Shown: positions 37,986 through 52,729, counted from the first letter of the stretch. The stretch is 64,000 nt of DNA from Chlorokybus atmophyticus (GCA_009103225.1 RHPI01002615.1:70328-134327), one strand, 5' to 3'. Numbers and translations: made by a program. Notes: generated from the sequence alone by a model not told the origin.

Positions 37986-40900
37986 GGTAAGTAGGTAAGT
38001 GGTTACGCATGTGTGGGGAGCATATTGTATGCCCGCACATGCATGCATTCGTTGTAAGCTGTCTGCCAAGTGCCGTGCCTGCTGGCATAACAAACTAATT
38101 GCTATCAGATTGACTGTGGGAGGGTGACCAAAAACAATTACTGCAGCCGGTTGAGGCACTGCACCTGTGGGTCTTACACCGCCAGGCTATGGACCCCTAC
38201 ATGCTGCGCTCCTGCCGCCATGGCGGCCTCATTGTCGTTGCACAGCACAGCACATCACCCACGCCCGCCTTCCCCCTCCCCTGCTGTTGTTGCTGGTTGC
38301 TGCAATTCAAGCCCCTCTCCTAACCACGAGCCCTGTGCCAACAGGTCTGCCTTGCACCCTTCCTACTGCTTGCCCTTGTCTGCCATGCTACCTCTGCCCC
38401 TCCCCTCCGCTCCTCACCAGCACATTGCTAGTGCACATAAGTTAGATGGTGCACTTGTCCTTTTATTCAGCTGCCCTTGCCCGTGTGCTTGCTTGTGTTT
38501 GTGCTTTGCTTGGCTTGCTGTGCATGCAGTGCGTGCTGTCAATGTCTGAAAAGCCTGTGCATGTGGGATGACTACAATGCATACCCTATGCATGTGTCCC
38601 ACCAGTCACATTGACAACATGCAGTCTGCTTGAGTTCAGTGTCCGTTCTATGTTGTTTCCGGACTAACATGTTGCATGCTGCACTACGCGATGCTTGTGG
38701 TTAATCGTTAATGCCATTGCTGCTGGTCGAATGACTTACGACTGCCGCGAGGCGATTGGCTTAGCGCGCAATATCAAACCCTAACCACTGCCAGAACACG
38801 ATGTGGCCGGGAGCGTGGCGGGGCAGGCGGCATAGAGCATAGCATAGCATACCGCATCACGCCTGTCTGCTGCTTGATGTCCACGTCCTTGCCGATTCTA
38901 AAGCTAACCACGGGTACCTATATGTACTTGGGTTGCCTGGTGTTTGCTTCTGCCCGCTTCAACCAACGGCATTGCATTGCACATAGGTCACATAGCATAG
39001 AGTAGTGTGATGGCCCCGGTGTATTGAAAGTGTGGTGACTTCAAGAGTTTGGTGTTCGCTAGAGTGGTACTATAGTTTGTGTGTGCACAGACCGCATGTG
39101 TGCAATATGACTCATACCGTATGCATACCTACAGCATTACGGTCGTGATCCCCTGACTCAGTATGCGGGCACAATGTGCTCTCCGCATGCAGCTATCCCA
39201 CATATATGGCAGAATCGCCGGGGTAATGCCAAGGATCCTAAATGGGCAAGTGCCGTGAGTTGATGGTATGCAGCAGCTGGTATGCCAAACACGTGCAAGA
39301 ATGCTATATGAGCAGACAGGTATTGATGTTGTCTTAGCATAGTAAAAAATCCAATTGCCACGGTGTGGTGCTTCGTGTGTGCTACGTAGTGCCTCAATCA
39401 AAACCATGTGTGTAGACATTGAAGTAGATAACAATTGACCAGCTGCATGTGTACCATAGCACAGACAGTTGTTGTGCTTTGTAGGCTTCTTACAAGCACA
39501 AGTAGCAGAGCGGAGCATGGCAGCTAAAACAGCTCATGGCTCACACATATACTCGCATGCATTAAAACCGCATTGCACATTCTGTACGCAAACGCCAAGT
39601 GAGCAAGGACTTGAAAGTGGTAACTCAACTGATAAGGATATTTATCAGGGCTTACCACTGTGGCCCCTCCTTCTTGTACTTAAGATCTGGGGTTAGGATA
39701 TCATACTATCATTTGTGGTTAGAGTATCATATTGTAACAATGTATACATAATGATAACCACCAGCATTTTGGGATAACATCAAGCGACTAGTCTTAAGAC
39801 ATGCACAGCTAGCAAAGGGATGTACAATCGCAGCACAACATCACAATAGCACATTACAAAAGTTATGGTTAACAATATGGTTGTTGAATGAAAAATTCAA
39901 CCCGATTCCTTATCACGACCTTTTTATAACTATGGTCAAAATACGCCTTTGTAATAAACTGAACAAGCTTCAAGTAATGTTTAATATGCACCACTCAATA
40001 CTACTGCGACGCATGTTATGGTCGGAATCCGTTGTCTTCATATCGTGCATGCTTACAAGTTGGCAAATGATACACAACAATACAAATACTACATTACACG
40101 GCAACCCTTGATTGCAATGCTCGGATAGAAGTGACAACGGGTGTGGGTAGCATGCACTTGTATGCCAGCAAACTTTGAGATGTGAATTTTGTAGAAATTC
40201 TTAAGTGTTGTGCAGAATACCATCAAGCGTGCCACGGTGCATATGACACACATGTTAACAATGGGATGATTTAACTATAAACCGAGTCCACTTAAAAAGA
40301 ACATCATCACATACAGACATCACCCGCTGGACTAAACATGTTGCACTACCAGCAGGACGTTTGCATGACTTACAAAAGCAAATGCCATGCTATGATCTAT
40401 TGTATGTCAAGTTTCATGATGTTCATACACAATGTATGGGATATGTATGAATGACAAATGCCTCCTTATGTGGAAGCAACTTTTGCTGCCATAATTTAGT
40501 GGTTAAGGTGCGATGCATAATAAAACTGTAATACGCACTTTATGATAGTGTTGAATTGGTATGAAGGGGTGCGCACTGCTTTGGTTGTCAGGTTCGCTGA
40601 AAATTCATGTTCACATGGAACTTAACAATTAACGCGCATTATGGTATGCTAAACACGATACGTGTTTGCAAGCTTTCAGAATGTCTACATTGGGTGACAC
40701 AAGTTATCACGAGGGATCAACATAGCCGATTGCACTTGCCAACCAAAAAGTATGATATCCATGCTGAACAGTACACAACAGATAGATTGGGGCCAATCAG
40801 TTCAGCAAGCAAGCACGATTCAGCAAAGCTTGATAATATAGCACAAGCAATGTATCTCGAGCAAATTCAATTATAATTTACTCTTCGATTGTTTGCCTCC

Positions 40901-41298
40901 ATAAGCAAGTATATCTCAATTGAGTTTATGCATTGTTTGAGGATGCACAAATGTCATGTCATGTTATGTGGCTGATGTATGCTTCAATCATCCAAACAAC
41001 GTCATGATGATTATTTTGTTTTGGATGATTTCAATAAGCGAAACAACGTTGCAGGCTTATGATTACGGTCAGCCAGATGCAACGGAATGAGTTGCATGCG
41101 ACTTGCACATCATACCATAGGTACTTGCTTACCGGTAAGCCAAATGTCATGCCATTACCGAGGGATGATTGCAAGCCGCAGGGCACCGTGTCTCCGCGGT
41201 AGCGGTGAATCACACTGCGCCACATGGTGCCCATATTCCTATACACAGTACCAGCGTCCACCTTGCCTGCCAGCAACATGCACACACAGCTGTGAGAA

Positions 41299-43496
41299 AT
41301 GCAGGGAGGTGGTGACGAGGCGGCGGCGGCGGCGGTAGAGGTGTCGTCGCTGGAGTTTGGCTACGCCGGTGCCTCCGCTTCAGCACTAAGCGGCTTCACA
41401 CTCCGCCTGCCACGTGGCGCACGCTGCTTGCTAGTCGGCGCGAACGGAGCAGGTCAGGACACAGAGAGAGCACAAGCTGCCCCTGTTGGTGGTTTCTATC
41501 GTTCTCCCTGTCAAAATGAGCAGTGTCATTCAGAGAACCAATGTGACAGTGTTGCCATTGCGCTTGCTGAGACACTGTACAGCAAGCGTTGGACACGTCA
41601 AGTGGCACGCATTGCTTTATGCCTCTCAGTCAGCTGTTCACGAAGCAGGAATGCTTGAGAGAAGAGACCAGAACCCAGCAAAATTGTTGACTTTAGTACT
41701 AACGACTCACTAGTAGTGAGAGTGCCCTGCATGACGACGCATGTAGCAATGTATTTTCCACAGTTCACGTGCGGATCCATACATGCGCATGCACACACCC
41801 ACAAGCACACACGTGCACGCACGCATACATACGCGCTCACGCCCATACACACAACCATATGCACACGTGTGCGTATGTGTGTGTATGAGCATGAGCACGC
41901 ACGCACACACACACACACACACTGGAGTGCTATAGACCTTGCCAGGCTTGTGGCTGACTTTTGGACACAATGCCAACGCTACGCCAACGTTATGCCGTTT
42001 CATGATCTGTTGACAGGCAAGAGCACCCTGCTTCGCGTGCTGGGCGGGCGTCATCTTGTCCCGCGCGACAGCGTGCGCGTGCTCGGCAGGCCCGCATTCC
42101 ACGACCCCAACCTCGTCACGTCCGGAGCGCTCGTGTACCTCGGGGGCGCCTGGACACACGATGTCGCATACGCAGTAAGCCAAATCTGTGTGCGTGTGCG
42201 CGCGCGTTCGTGCAAGCGTGTTTGTGGCTTTGACTGTGCGCACGCACCTGTACAAACACCCCAAATACAGATTTACATATGCATACAATCCATTCAACAC
42301 TCATCAACCACTTCATTATAAGTACAAGTACAGGCATGCACACACACACAGAGATGTGCAAGCGCGCACGCATGCGGACATGCGCACATGTGCTCACACC
42401 TTGCTTGAGCATGTTGCACACGTGTACATATTTGTAAGTGTATGTTGATGCCAGTTCAGTAGGTAACTTGCAACGCAGTTTACGGGTGCTGCCTGCACAT
42501 GTGCATATTGCACACATGCCTCATCTTGTACTCCGACATGCACTGAAGACCTTCATTACTCGCCCAGGGTTCAGACATACCTCTTCAAGGTGACTTCACT
42601 GCGGAGCACATGCTGTGGGGCGTGCCGGGCGTGGACCCGGAGAGGCGCGCCCAGCTGATAGAGCTGCTCGACATCGATCTCAAGTGGCGCATGCACAAGG
42701 TGTCTGATGGACAGCGTCGACGAGTACAGATAGGCATGAGCCTGCTGAAGCCATTCCAGGTGAGATCGCAATCGTGTTGCTGATTGCATTTGACAGTTCA
42801 GCCCACGTGCTTGACTTGACGAGAAGCTTGTTTGCTGATTTACCCATGCAACTCTGTGCGCACATGCGTATGGGTGTGTGCATGTGCGTGCACGCGTGTG
42901 TATGCGTGCCTGTATATGCGCGGATATGTGCATGCGTGTGTGTGTCTGTGTATAAAGGATGCCATGCAGTGATGCAACATGCACAACAGTGTGCGTGTAT
43001 CAAAATGAAACCCTTTGCAGGTTCTGCTGTGCGATGAAGTGACAGTAGACCTGGATGTGGTTGTGCGTTTGGACCTTCTACAGTTCTTGCGAGAGGAGTG
43101 CGAGCAGGTGAGCATATTATGACAAGTTTGCATGCACTTTACCCTGCCCGTGTCATGTTTCCAAGTCTTTCTCCTTCATGGCAGAGAGGTGCCACAATCA
43201 TATATGCGACGCACATCTTCGACGGGCTTCAAGGCTGGGTGACGCACATGGCGTATGTCAAAGAGGGCCATTTGGTTAAAGGCGAGGCTCTCAATGACAT
43301 GCAGGAGGCTGGTTTGACTGGGCCGAAAGCCTCATTATTTACGCTCGTGGAGTCTTGGTTGAGAAGAGAAAAGGACGAGCGAGAAGCGCAGGGAAGGGCA
43401 AACCATTCGCTCAATGCTTCAGCCGCGTCTGCGGCGCCAAAAACTGTGATGGAGACGCCATTTATGCCACGCAAACACATGGCGTATTATCGATGA
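41299..43496 (+). CDS. Soluble ABC ATPase, ABCI20/21 (CAF16-like) family, multi-exon
   Basis: [11 protein letters not shown] | [10 protein letters not shown] (Walker A), [14 protein letters not shown] (signature), [13 protein letters not shown] (Walker B), [14 protein letters not shown]. Confidence 0.92.
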
Positions 43497-43831
43497 TGAT
43501 CGGGCGCTGGTAGTGTGAGGGTTAGCTTCAGGTTTTGTTTCAACATGTGCGCGCATAGTGTGTGCAACATGGGTAAGTATTGACTATCATATTTGCAGCC
43601 AAATGGCTGCAGTTGTAGGAGGCAGTCTTATTAGGCAGCCAGGAACGTTTTTGTGGCACTGCAGGCCAGTTCTGCAGCGCACAACAGGTGCATAACTGCA
43701 GCAAGGATACTGCGTGTCTTGTGCAATCAACAAAACTATGCAACAAGCAGCATCGGTATACTTTTGCCTGGGTTGCATACAAAGCTGCTTGACGCCCTTC
43801 CAAAACTGCAATCCAGTCTCCAGACCCACAC

Positions 43832-43833
<2 letters not shown>

Positions 43834-43891
<58 letters not shown>
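43834..43891. repeat. (CT)n microsatellite followed by (GT)n
   Basis: About 29 CT units, then about 9 GT units. Confidence 0.95.
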
Positions 43892-43895
<4 letters not shown>

Positions 43896-44034
43896 GTGTG
43901 TGTGTGTGTGCGCCTTTGCAAAGACCTGACGTGTTGTCACCACAAAGCACACAACCGCGGCCTGCTCCAGTGCGCGCTTGCGAGCCAAAAGTAATCAATA
44001 ATACCGCAAGACATAAGCTGTCTCTGTCATGCAA

Positions 44035-47000
44035 TCAGCTAGCGTGTTCACTGGACAGCTCTCCCAGCAAGACCTCAAGGAGTTGCGTGCATCGTGAGGG
44101 TGGCGTGGTCGGTGCGCACATGATATACACAACATTTCCCAAAGGCCTGGCGTAAATTGCCTTCCTGCGAAGCCGCTTTATGATGACTGTGGCAGACGAC
44201 GACGCGTAGCCGCGTGCTTCAGAGCAGAGCTCCACCGCAAACACTGTCAGACACAACTACATTAGACATGTACTCAACACATTACAGCAACTTGTGTATG
44301 ACTGTATGACGAAGTTCACCTGTGCCGAGGTACGTTACACGCTGTACATTGGATAGAGATGAAATGTTATGCGCCAAAGATGTGTCCCACAACTCGCGCA
44401 GTGTGCCGCTTGCAGGGTTATAGTTGGGGTTCTTGCGAGGGTCAACATACAGCTTCAGTGCTGTGACAGCCGCCTGGCAGCCAATGGCATGTGCTGTGTA
44501 AGAGTGGCCATGCAATAGCGCATCGAGCTTGCTGTCTCCTTGAAAAGCGTTGAACACGTCTTCAGTGGCAAGCGTGACTGATAGCGGGACCACTCCACCA
44601 GTGAGAAGCTTAGCATAACAAGCGATGTCGGGTCTACAACCCAACAATGCAGCAGCGGATTGCCTGCCCAACCTCCACATCCCCGCAAACACTTCGTCCA
44701 GGATGATGGGGATGCGCCTCCGCCGGCACTCCCGCATCAACACGCGTTGGAACAATGGGTCAATGAGCTCCATCCCGCCGGCTCCGTGCAAGACAGGCTC
44801 CAGTATCAACGCCCCAATGTGGGGTTGGGATTTTGTCTGCTCATCAAGCACAGCAGCAATGCACTTCTCATACATGCACTTGAGCTGCGAGCTGTCGCGG
44901 GTGCTGCCTTGATGAGAGTGTTGCTCGCCGTGGTGTGAGCATATGTCACAGTCTCGCCCGCAGCTGCCAACAAAGACTTCTTCGCAGCGTGTCCAGTGTA
45001 AGTCATCCTCAACTGTGCCAGCAGCGCTGGCTGCGGCACGCATTTGCTCCGGCAGCTGTAACCTCCACACGGCATCTTTGCAATGTACTGTAGGCGGGTC
45101 GATAAACACTCCTCGGCCTTGATACCTATTTTTCGGAATGGCGGTTGGCATTGACAGTGCAGTACAAAGCAGATGGGGATGAAGTGTTGTGCGTGTTTGA
45201 TGTGAACATCATCATGTATGCGATGCCTCTTACCAGGGATGCTGCTTGAAGCCATTATAAGGTGAGGGTGCTTGTGCATCCATGGCACCCAACGTGTCCC
45301 CATGGTACGAGCCTGAGAGTGCTAGCACCAACAGCTCGGTCTCCATCTCTCTAACACCATGGTCTGTGCTGTACTTTCTGAAGGCCATTTTCAAGGCCAC
45401 CTGCACTGAGCAAAAGCTCCGTGCATCAGTTCAATCCGATTTATTGCTTGTCAGTAATCTATCAACAAGTATATATACCTCAATTGCTGTTGACCCGTTG
45501 TCCGAGAAGAACACGCGATGCGCCCAGCCCCTGCCAGGGCCTTCTAACAACAGCTCTGTGAGCTCGAGCGCGGGCTCGTGCACGTTTTCGGGGAACATGA
45601 CATGCCCGTACCTTCCCGTGGCATACGCCACAGCACGCGCCTGCACGTGTGTGATGGGCTTTGACAAACAGCGACTCAACAGTACAACAATATTTGTCGG
45701 CCTTGCATACGCACCATGTCGGTTTGCAGGTTGGCGCCAACACCTTGTGTCCACCAGCTGGCACACGCATCATACAACGGTGCCAGCTCAGTACTTTTGG
45801 AGCCATCATCAAGGTGGGTGTTTTGAAGCACACTGAAGTTGTCTCCATGACGGGAGTCAATGACAGTGACCTAAAACAATGCAGGTAAGCTCAGACACGC
45901 ACAAGTCTGGGAGCTCAACCCGCATGCTTGTATTAGCCCGTGAGTACTGTCCCAACACAGCACAACACCTTTGACGTCGGTACTTGTTGATGTTGTGTGA
46001 AAGGCCACCAGATCTTCTGCGATGCATCTGGACCGGCTGTGTTTAGCCTGTGAATGCGCTGCGTGTGGAACTCCAAGAGCGCTGTCAACAACTGAGACAT
46101 GGCTGCCTCTGCACTCGACATCCATGCATGGATGTCACCATCACTACTGTCGGGTGACTCCCTGTCAGGCAAGGCTGGAAGTAACACAACTGGAACGTTG
46201 CTCGGAACATGTTGGCGTATAGCGTCTTCATTCTGAAGGCCTCCTGATGACAAGTATAGTCTCAGCATGATCACCAGTGTGCTGCTTAACGCATCAGTAC
46301 TCACCATCAAGTAAAGCAACAGCTACAGTGTCGTACCCCCGCAGGGTCAAGGAGTCCAAACTACTCAGTGTGGTGGAAATCCCACCCAACGCGCCGTCTC
46401 CAATCACAAGGGCAGGAAGCCTCAAAGGCCTGCATGCCACAACACAGGCAACATCAGCACGTGCTTGTGCTGTGGTTGCGCTATGAGACATCCAGATGGA
46501 ACGAATGCGGCTTGACATGGGATGACTACACACACAGCGCTGAGACAGATTGCTGAAAACTTGTAAACCTGTAAACCTCGCTCTGCAACGAACCAGATGG
46601 CGCAGGGCTTGCGACACCGCCAGCAGTCTCAATCAAGGCCAAGCTATCACCGCCTGCACATACCCAACCAAACAACATTGCATCGGTGCTGCAGCACAGC
46701 AACCCAATGTTGACAAATCACCATGCTGTGTACCCACCTTGTGCAGCGTGCGGGTGCTTGGCAAACCGCTGCAACCGTTCAGCTATGAAAGCAGCTACTT
46801 CGCCATCGCCGACAGCAGGTGTGCCGGACCGCAACACGGCCAAGTGCGGTGAAACCGGCTCCTCCCAAGCAAAGGCAGTGTGCGTTTCAAGCCTTTCATG
46901 CAAACTTGGAGCGTCTGATGGACCACTCAGGGCCAGCTCGAGAACCGTGCGCTCGTCACTGTCTGCCGGGTAGCCTGTTTGCACTGGCTTGAGGTACAGC

Positions 47001-47953
47001 ACGCGCCTTTGCGAGCTCGTCTGAAAGAACAGCAGGTTATCCAAGCATGAGGTTGGTTGACGGTTGACACTAAACTTTAACGCAGACATGACATGATAGA
47101 GTGGCAATGCACATGCAGAGACCGAGTGCTTTGCATGCCGCAAGTGTATGGCCTGCTGTTACTGTACTATGGTTGTTGCGATGTTAATGCACAAGGGGAA
47201 CGAGTACGGGCTTACTTGCAAAGCTGCGCGCACGAGGCCAGCGCTGACGAGTGTTTTGCCGACGCCGGTGTTGCTGCCCCAGACGCAGAATGCTGGCAAA
47301 GCCAAGCTCAGGCCTCCTCCTTGGGATGAAGAGGCTGGACTGTCATCACTGCAGAAGTGCGTATGGATCAGCTGTTCCAGGTTAGCTGCATGCATGCAGC
47401 TAACCTGGAACGTGCTTGACGAAGCAGTACTGTTGTGGCAATTCAACTCGCCACAGTCCAATAAACAACTAAGCAATCAGCTTGAGGTGAGACACGGCTT
47501 TGCAAAGGATAGTAACACAGCTGTAACTGCAAGTTACTACTTCTTACACAAGATCAAACAATCTTATCAGCATTGTGAGAGATTGCCTCACATCAGGGAC
47601 ACATGCTCGCTGTTTTCGTTGACGACAGCTTGCAGGCAGTGCACAATGCACGGACCCTCACAGCGTCACCATGCGACAATGACCAACGACTCCAACAACC
47701 ACAACAAGGCAGAGAAGTGCCACACCGACCTAGAAGCCGGCGAATAAGAAGCTCTGTCCTGCGCTGCTGTGGCAAGCACAACCAAGCATCGCCTAACCAC
47801 CCATTTAGCCCCAACACCTTCTCTGCTGCCTCGTCTACCTTGCCGCCTCTTCCACTGCGACCCCGACCGCAATGACAGAGACAAGGACGAGGACGATGGC
47901 GCGACCCCCCAGCATGACCCCACCGCCACCACCGCCGCCGCCGCCGCCTCCAT
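44035..47953 (-). CDS. BIO3-BIO1: Bifunctional dethiobiotin synthetase / DAPA aminotransferase, copy A, apparently intact (multi-exon)
   Basis: VWGSNTGVGKTLVSAGL, YLKPVQTG, IETAGGVASP, GDGALGGISTTL, IWWPFTQH, DACASWWTQG, FFSDNGSTAIEVALKMA, SYHGDTLGAM, ILDEVFAGMWRLG, YAKLLTGG, HGHSYTAH, YARPLGNVVYIM. Exons from the DTBS start onward splice in frame; I did not resolve the exon 1-2 junction. Confidence 0.92.
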
Positions 47954-47978
47954 AAGAGTAGTGCTGACGTGCATTGCT

Positions 47979-48666
47979 GCGTGCAGGACTCAAAGTATAT
48001 CGGTGGAGAACAACAGATATCGAGTAGACTGAAGTGTATTCTACTGCTACCGTCAGGCGTTTAACTATATATTTGACGGGACGGGCACCGTTAGGGTTTG
48101 GGTTGTTTGCTGAGCGACGATGCCTCCACGCTCGCCGCCGCCGCCGCCGCCACGAAGGGCATGACCCTGCCCCAGATGGTTACATCCGCTGCCATTGCCA
48201 TTTCTGCACTGCACTTTAAGGGTCTAGTTGAATCCAAACCTTGCTTCATTGTTTGTATGGCTTTTAACTTTTCAAAACGTGGTCACAGCTCACGTGTGCC
48301 AACATTTGCGTACAGCGCTTTAGAGTACACGCAGACATGACGTCCATGGAGTCGCGCATGGACAAAACCATATCGGCGTTGCGCGGTGACATGAACAACC
48401 GCATGACCTCCTTTAATCATCGCATGGCGTCCATTGTGACGCGCATGTCTCAAGGCTTTAACAAAGTGGAAAGCTTGATGAATGAGCAGACGCGGAGGTG
48501 CCTAGGCGACATGGAGGCGCGCTTGCACGCAATGGAGTCAAAGTGCAATTGAATTTAGACCACTGTGTGCGACTGACATTTGACCACTAATTTACTTGTG
48601 AAATTGACTCATACCTTCTGTACCACCCTTGCGTACCATTATGCTGCTTGATTGTTCGTTAGCAGC
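47979..48666 (+). mobile_element. ~690-bp insertion present only in copy A, carrying a small hydrophobic-leader + coiled-coil ORF (48161-48552)
   Basis: Absent at the homologous copy B site (56484-56500). Flanked by TTGCTG at 47973-47978 and 48667-48672. Possible spliced product MTLPQMVTSAAIAISALHFK | DMTSMESRMDKTISALRGDMNNRM...MEARLHAMESKCN*. Confidence 0.45.
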
Positions 48667-48693
48667 TTGCTGTGTGCTGTGCTCCTCACTAGC

Positions 48694-49141
48694 ATGGGCT
48701 GAGCGGCGGTGGCCGCGTGCTTGGCACTCACGTTGTTACATGCATTTTTATTTCTGGGGTTGAAGCGACAAGTGAGAGCGTTGATGGAAAGCAAGGCAAC
48801 GTTCTCGCATTCGGCCGATGGTGGTTTCATGAAATTGTTGTTCTATGATGAGATTTGCTTGTTCTTACTCCTCCCAAGCTTGCTGCCTGTTGTTTCTACT
48901 GTCTTGTTGTTTACTCAAGCAAGCAAGTAAGCGGTCCAAAAGCAAGTGGCGAACACTGTTTGTGGCTTCACACCTAGTCTTTACTTCACGCAGGCGCCCT
49001 TCAGTGGCTCAGGCTATGGCTCCAGGCGATTTCGTGTATACCAGCTCTGTCACATAGGAAAGAGCTTCCTCGAGTGAGGATAAGTCAGCATGGAGACGCC
49101 CGACTTTGAGTACTGGCATGGTCTCCCCACCCAACCCAGCA
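48694..49141 (+). pseudogene. GT4 glycosyltransferase, copy A 5' remnant
   Basis: Homologous to 56521-57084 but reads ATG GGC TGA, with further indels. Downstream exons are missing. Confidence 0.85.
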
Positions 49142-49474
49142 GGTAGTGTGTATGTCTGATTTGGTTGGGTGTGACACGGTATTGGCTGTGTGCGACTCAG
49201 TTCTGAGCCTCAGGTTGCTGCATGCGTCCATATACTTTTGTTTCTGTGCATGTACGCGAGCATTTAAATGCACTCATGTGTATGGATACACACGCATCTA
49301 GGTGAATATGCGTATGTGCATATGTACACCACACGCACACTCATGTTTGACGTTTGCCCTAAGTATACAAGAGCGCAGGTGCTGCACTGCATGTGCATGT
49401 GCGAGCTTACTTGCTTGCGTGTGACAGTTAAGCTATACACGAGTTGTGTAAGCCTCATCTGTGTGCTGGCACAG

Positions 49475-50420
49475 GATGGTGTGCTTGTTGCATGCGAAAT
49501 CGATGCGAAGGTGGCAAGGGTTGCTAAGAAGGCATGGGAGGACATTGGTGTTAGGCACAAGGTTTGGCACATGTTGATTACCGTCAAGTAGTGTGTTTCT
49601 GTGCACGCAGCTTTTGGTTGAGTGATTGAGCCGCAGTGCAAAGGTGGACTTGCGCATCGCGCCAGCTGCTGAAACACGCAACAAGCTGGTTGAAGATGGC
49701 CAAAGCAACAGGTTAGTTGTTTGACACTCATGTATACTGTTGCCACACTCATTTATTAGTTGTAAAGTGTGACCGCTGTTGTCATTTGCTTGCTTACAAC
49801 ATGACAAAATTGTTCAGTCTCACTTGGCTGCTGCATGTGTTTGTGGGCTAACACTCTTTTCTTGCAGCTTTGATTTTGCCTTTATGGATGCGAAAAAGCG
49901 CAATTACGGGCTATACTATGAGCTGTTTCTCAAACCTGTATGCGCGAGCATTCATTGCTAGTATCATTGTCAAGTAGTATTGTTGGGTCAGCAGTATTTG
50001 GTCTAACGCTCACTCCTTAATCTTTTGCAGGTGCGGCCTGGCGGCCTTATTCCTATAGACAACGTCTTTTGGTAAAATGGCGGCAAAATGGCGGACCTGC
50101 AGGTGAGTTGCTCATGTTGTGCTTCTCTCTGCTAGTGTCAAGTATTATCATGTCAAATAGTCTTGCGTGTTGGTATGCTATGGTCAACAGGTGGATGATA
50201 AGGCTACTGTGGCGATACGGGAGCTGAACGACAGTCTGTTTGTTGATGAATTGATATGCTTCACGCTGGTAACGCGCGACAATGTGACAAATTGTTGGGC
50301 GTGCAGCGACTTGTCAGAACTTGCATATGTGTCTCAATCACTTCAACAGCAGCTTCATTGACCTCCTTCAACAATGCAACAGGTGCCTGTTGGAGACGGC
50401 GTTGTGTCGGCGCAGATGAC
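49475..50420 (+). pseudogene. O-methyltransferase, copy A, inverted 3' remnant
   Basis: Homologous to the reverse complement of ~59610-60590. DADK has become DAKK, there is an in-frame TAA at 50073-50075 after DNVFW, and the 5' exons are absent. Confidence 0.85.
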
Positions 50421-51097
50421 GGGGGACGGGCTTGCAAAGCTGCAGGTGCTATCATAAAAGAACACTTCACTCTACCTTGCGGATGCATGTGCGCTTCGGA
50501 TTGATCTCTTTGATAGCTGAGAGGGCACTGGATAAGTGGATTGATGCCCTGCAGTCAGTGGGTATGTAGGCGTTTGTCCTGTTTGTAGCTCGTGCTACGT
50601 CATGCAGCACAAACATTGGCATTAAGTCTGTGACCATTGTGAACTATCTTTGATTAGGCGAGCAATACCAAAGTTGAGGGGCTACGCAATTATATTCATG
50701 GTGGAACTGCGGTAAGTTGCTGACTTGTCCAATGCAACTCGAGGAGTCAGCTTGAAAGCCACCTGCGGTGTATCACACAGTTCGATAGCATGCACATAGA
50801 TTTAGTGCCGAGTGTTGTCAGTCAGATTTGCGGTACTCCGCGGCTTGAACACTCCTGCCAGATGTACCGGAAACAACCCAGCTTGCAGCGTACATCTGGT
50901 TACTTGCGCATCATGCATACACATTCCATTCCGCATTGTTTGTACATGTGCAAGCACACAACCAGGTGGAAGCCAAGCACTGGTCAACAACAACACTGGT
51001 TAAACAGCCAAGAACCTCCACCGCTAGCTAGGGGCCTTGGCTAGCGCACTAACAGCAAGTATTAGGGCAGGAGGCCAGGCAAACCGAGCAAATCAAC

Positions 51098-51340
51098 TCA
51101 ACTCGCTAAGGCGTCACTTGAGCTACAACTCGCCCATGCTGTGCGCATGCCGCCCTTGCCGCACACGCGATGGAACGACTTGCCCTCTGATCCTCTCCTG
51201 CACACAAGCAGTTGCACGATCACCGTGTCTGCGACAACATCAGGCGAGCACTTCACCATCATGTCTTGTCTCGCTTTCACCCCTTTGCTGCGCGCTTCCT
51301 CTCGATGCGTGTACATGCAACGCATAAACTCTCTCAAGTG
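51098..51340 (-). pseudogene. GT4 glycosyltransferase, copy A, inverted last-exon remnant
   Basis: REFMRCMYTHREEARSKGVKARQDMMVKCSPDVVAD corresponds to copy B RELMRRVYAHRVEARSKGVIARQDMVTKYSPSVVAD. Confidence 0.85.
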
Positions 51341-51562
51341 ACGCCAGTGTTTAGACTTGCTGGGTTGTTTCCTAGGTGTGTCAGATGGTCAGCCAATCTG
51401 GAGAAAACGGCTTATTAATTGAGTACAGCATGTTTGTTTGCATCCAAACGACAATTCCCTCACTTCATAGCGTGCTATGCTCCTACCTCTTACCTCGGGT
51501 ACAGTGGGTTGTGTTTTCCACCAGTTGTCAACCAATGCTCTTGTGGCTGGCTGAGACGACTG

Positions 51563-52021
<459 letters not shown>

Positions 52022-52729
52022 NACTCTCAGGGTAGTCATTGCATTGGTAGCAGCAGCGTACGTGTTGATGGCACAGATTCAACAGCTGGTAGTGTGAGGG
52101 TTGGTTTCGAGGTGATGTTTGGGTGTGTGCACGCATAGCACGTGAGACATGGATGAAGTGTTGATTGCATTGTTTGCAGCCAATTAGCTGCTGTTGTAGG
52201 AGGCAGTCTTATTAGGCAGCCAGGAACAATTCTTTGGCAGTGCAGGCCAGTTCTGCTGCACATAGCAGATTCATATCTGCCGCATTGCTACTGAGTGTAT
52301 TGTGCGAGCAACAAACCTACGCAGTACATAGCAGTGGCGGTGTGTGCTTTGGCCGGCTTCTATCATTGGGTGGGGGGCCTCTGCAAATGAAGCTTGCTTT
52401 ACACACTGTTAAGGCCAGTGTCACATGTGACTCAAAACTTACACGGTCTGCAAAACGGTCTCCAGACGCACACACAGCTACAGAAGCAATCGCTGTCAAT
52501 CAAAAAGTTCTGAAACGCTCTCTGGCTGGACTCTCTCCCTCCAGGAAAGCAGGCCATGGCTGATTGAGATGCTTGCGGTTGTGTACTGTAATGTGGTGTC
52601 CATGTCTCCAAATTGCACAACCACGGCCCACTCTGCACTGCGCATTCTTGAGAGCCATACGTCACCAGTTTTACCAACGTTATTGCAAGACTCGAGCTGT
52701 GTCACATGAAATCAGCTAGCCCCTTCCGT

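Noticed and set aside
38600-41200. Short ORFs in the AT-richer intergenic stretch
   Set aside because: No recognisable motifs, splice-consistent exon chains or repeats were found by eye.
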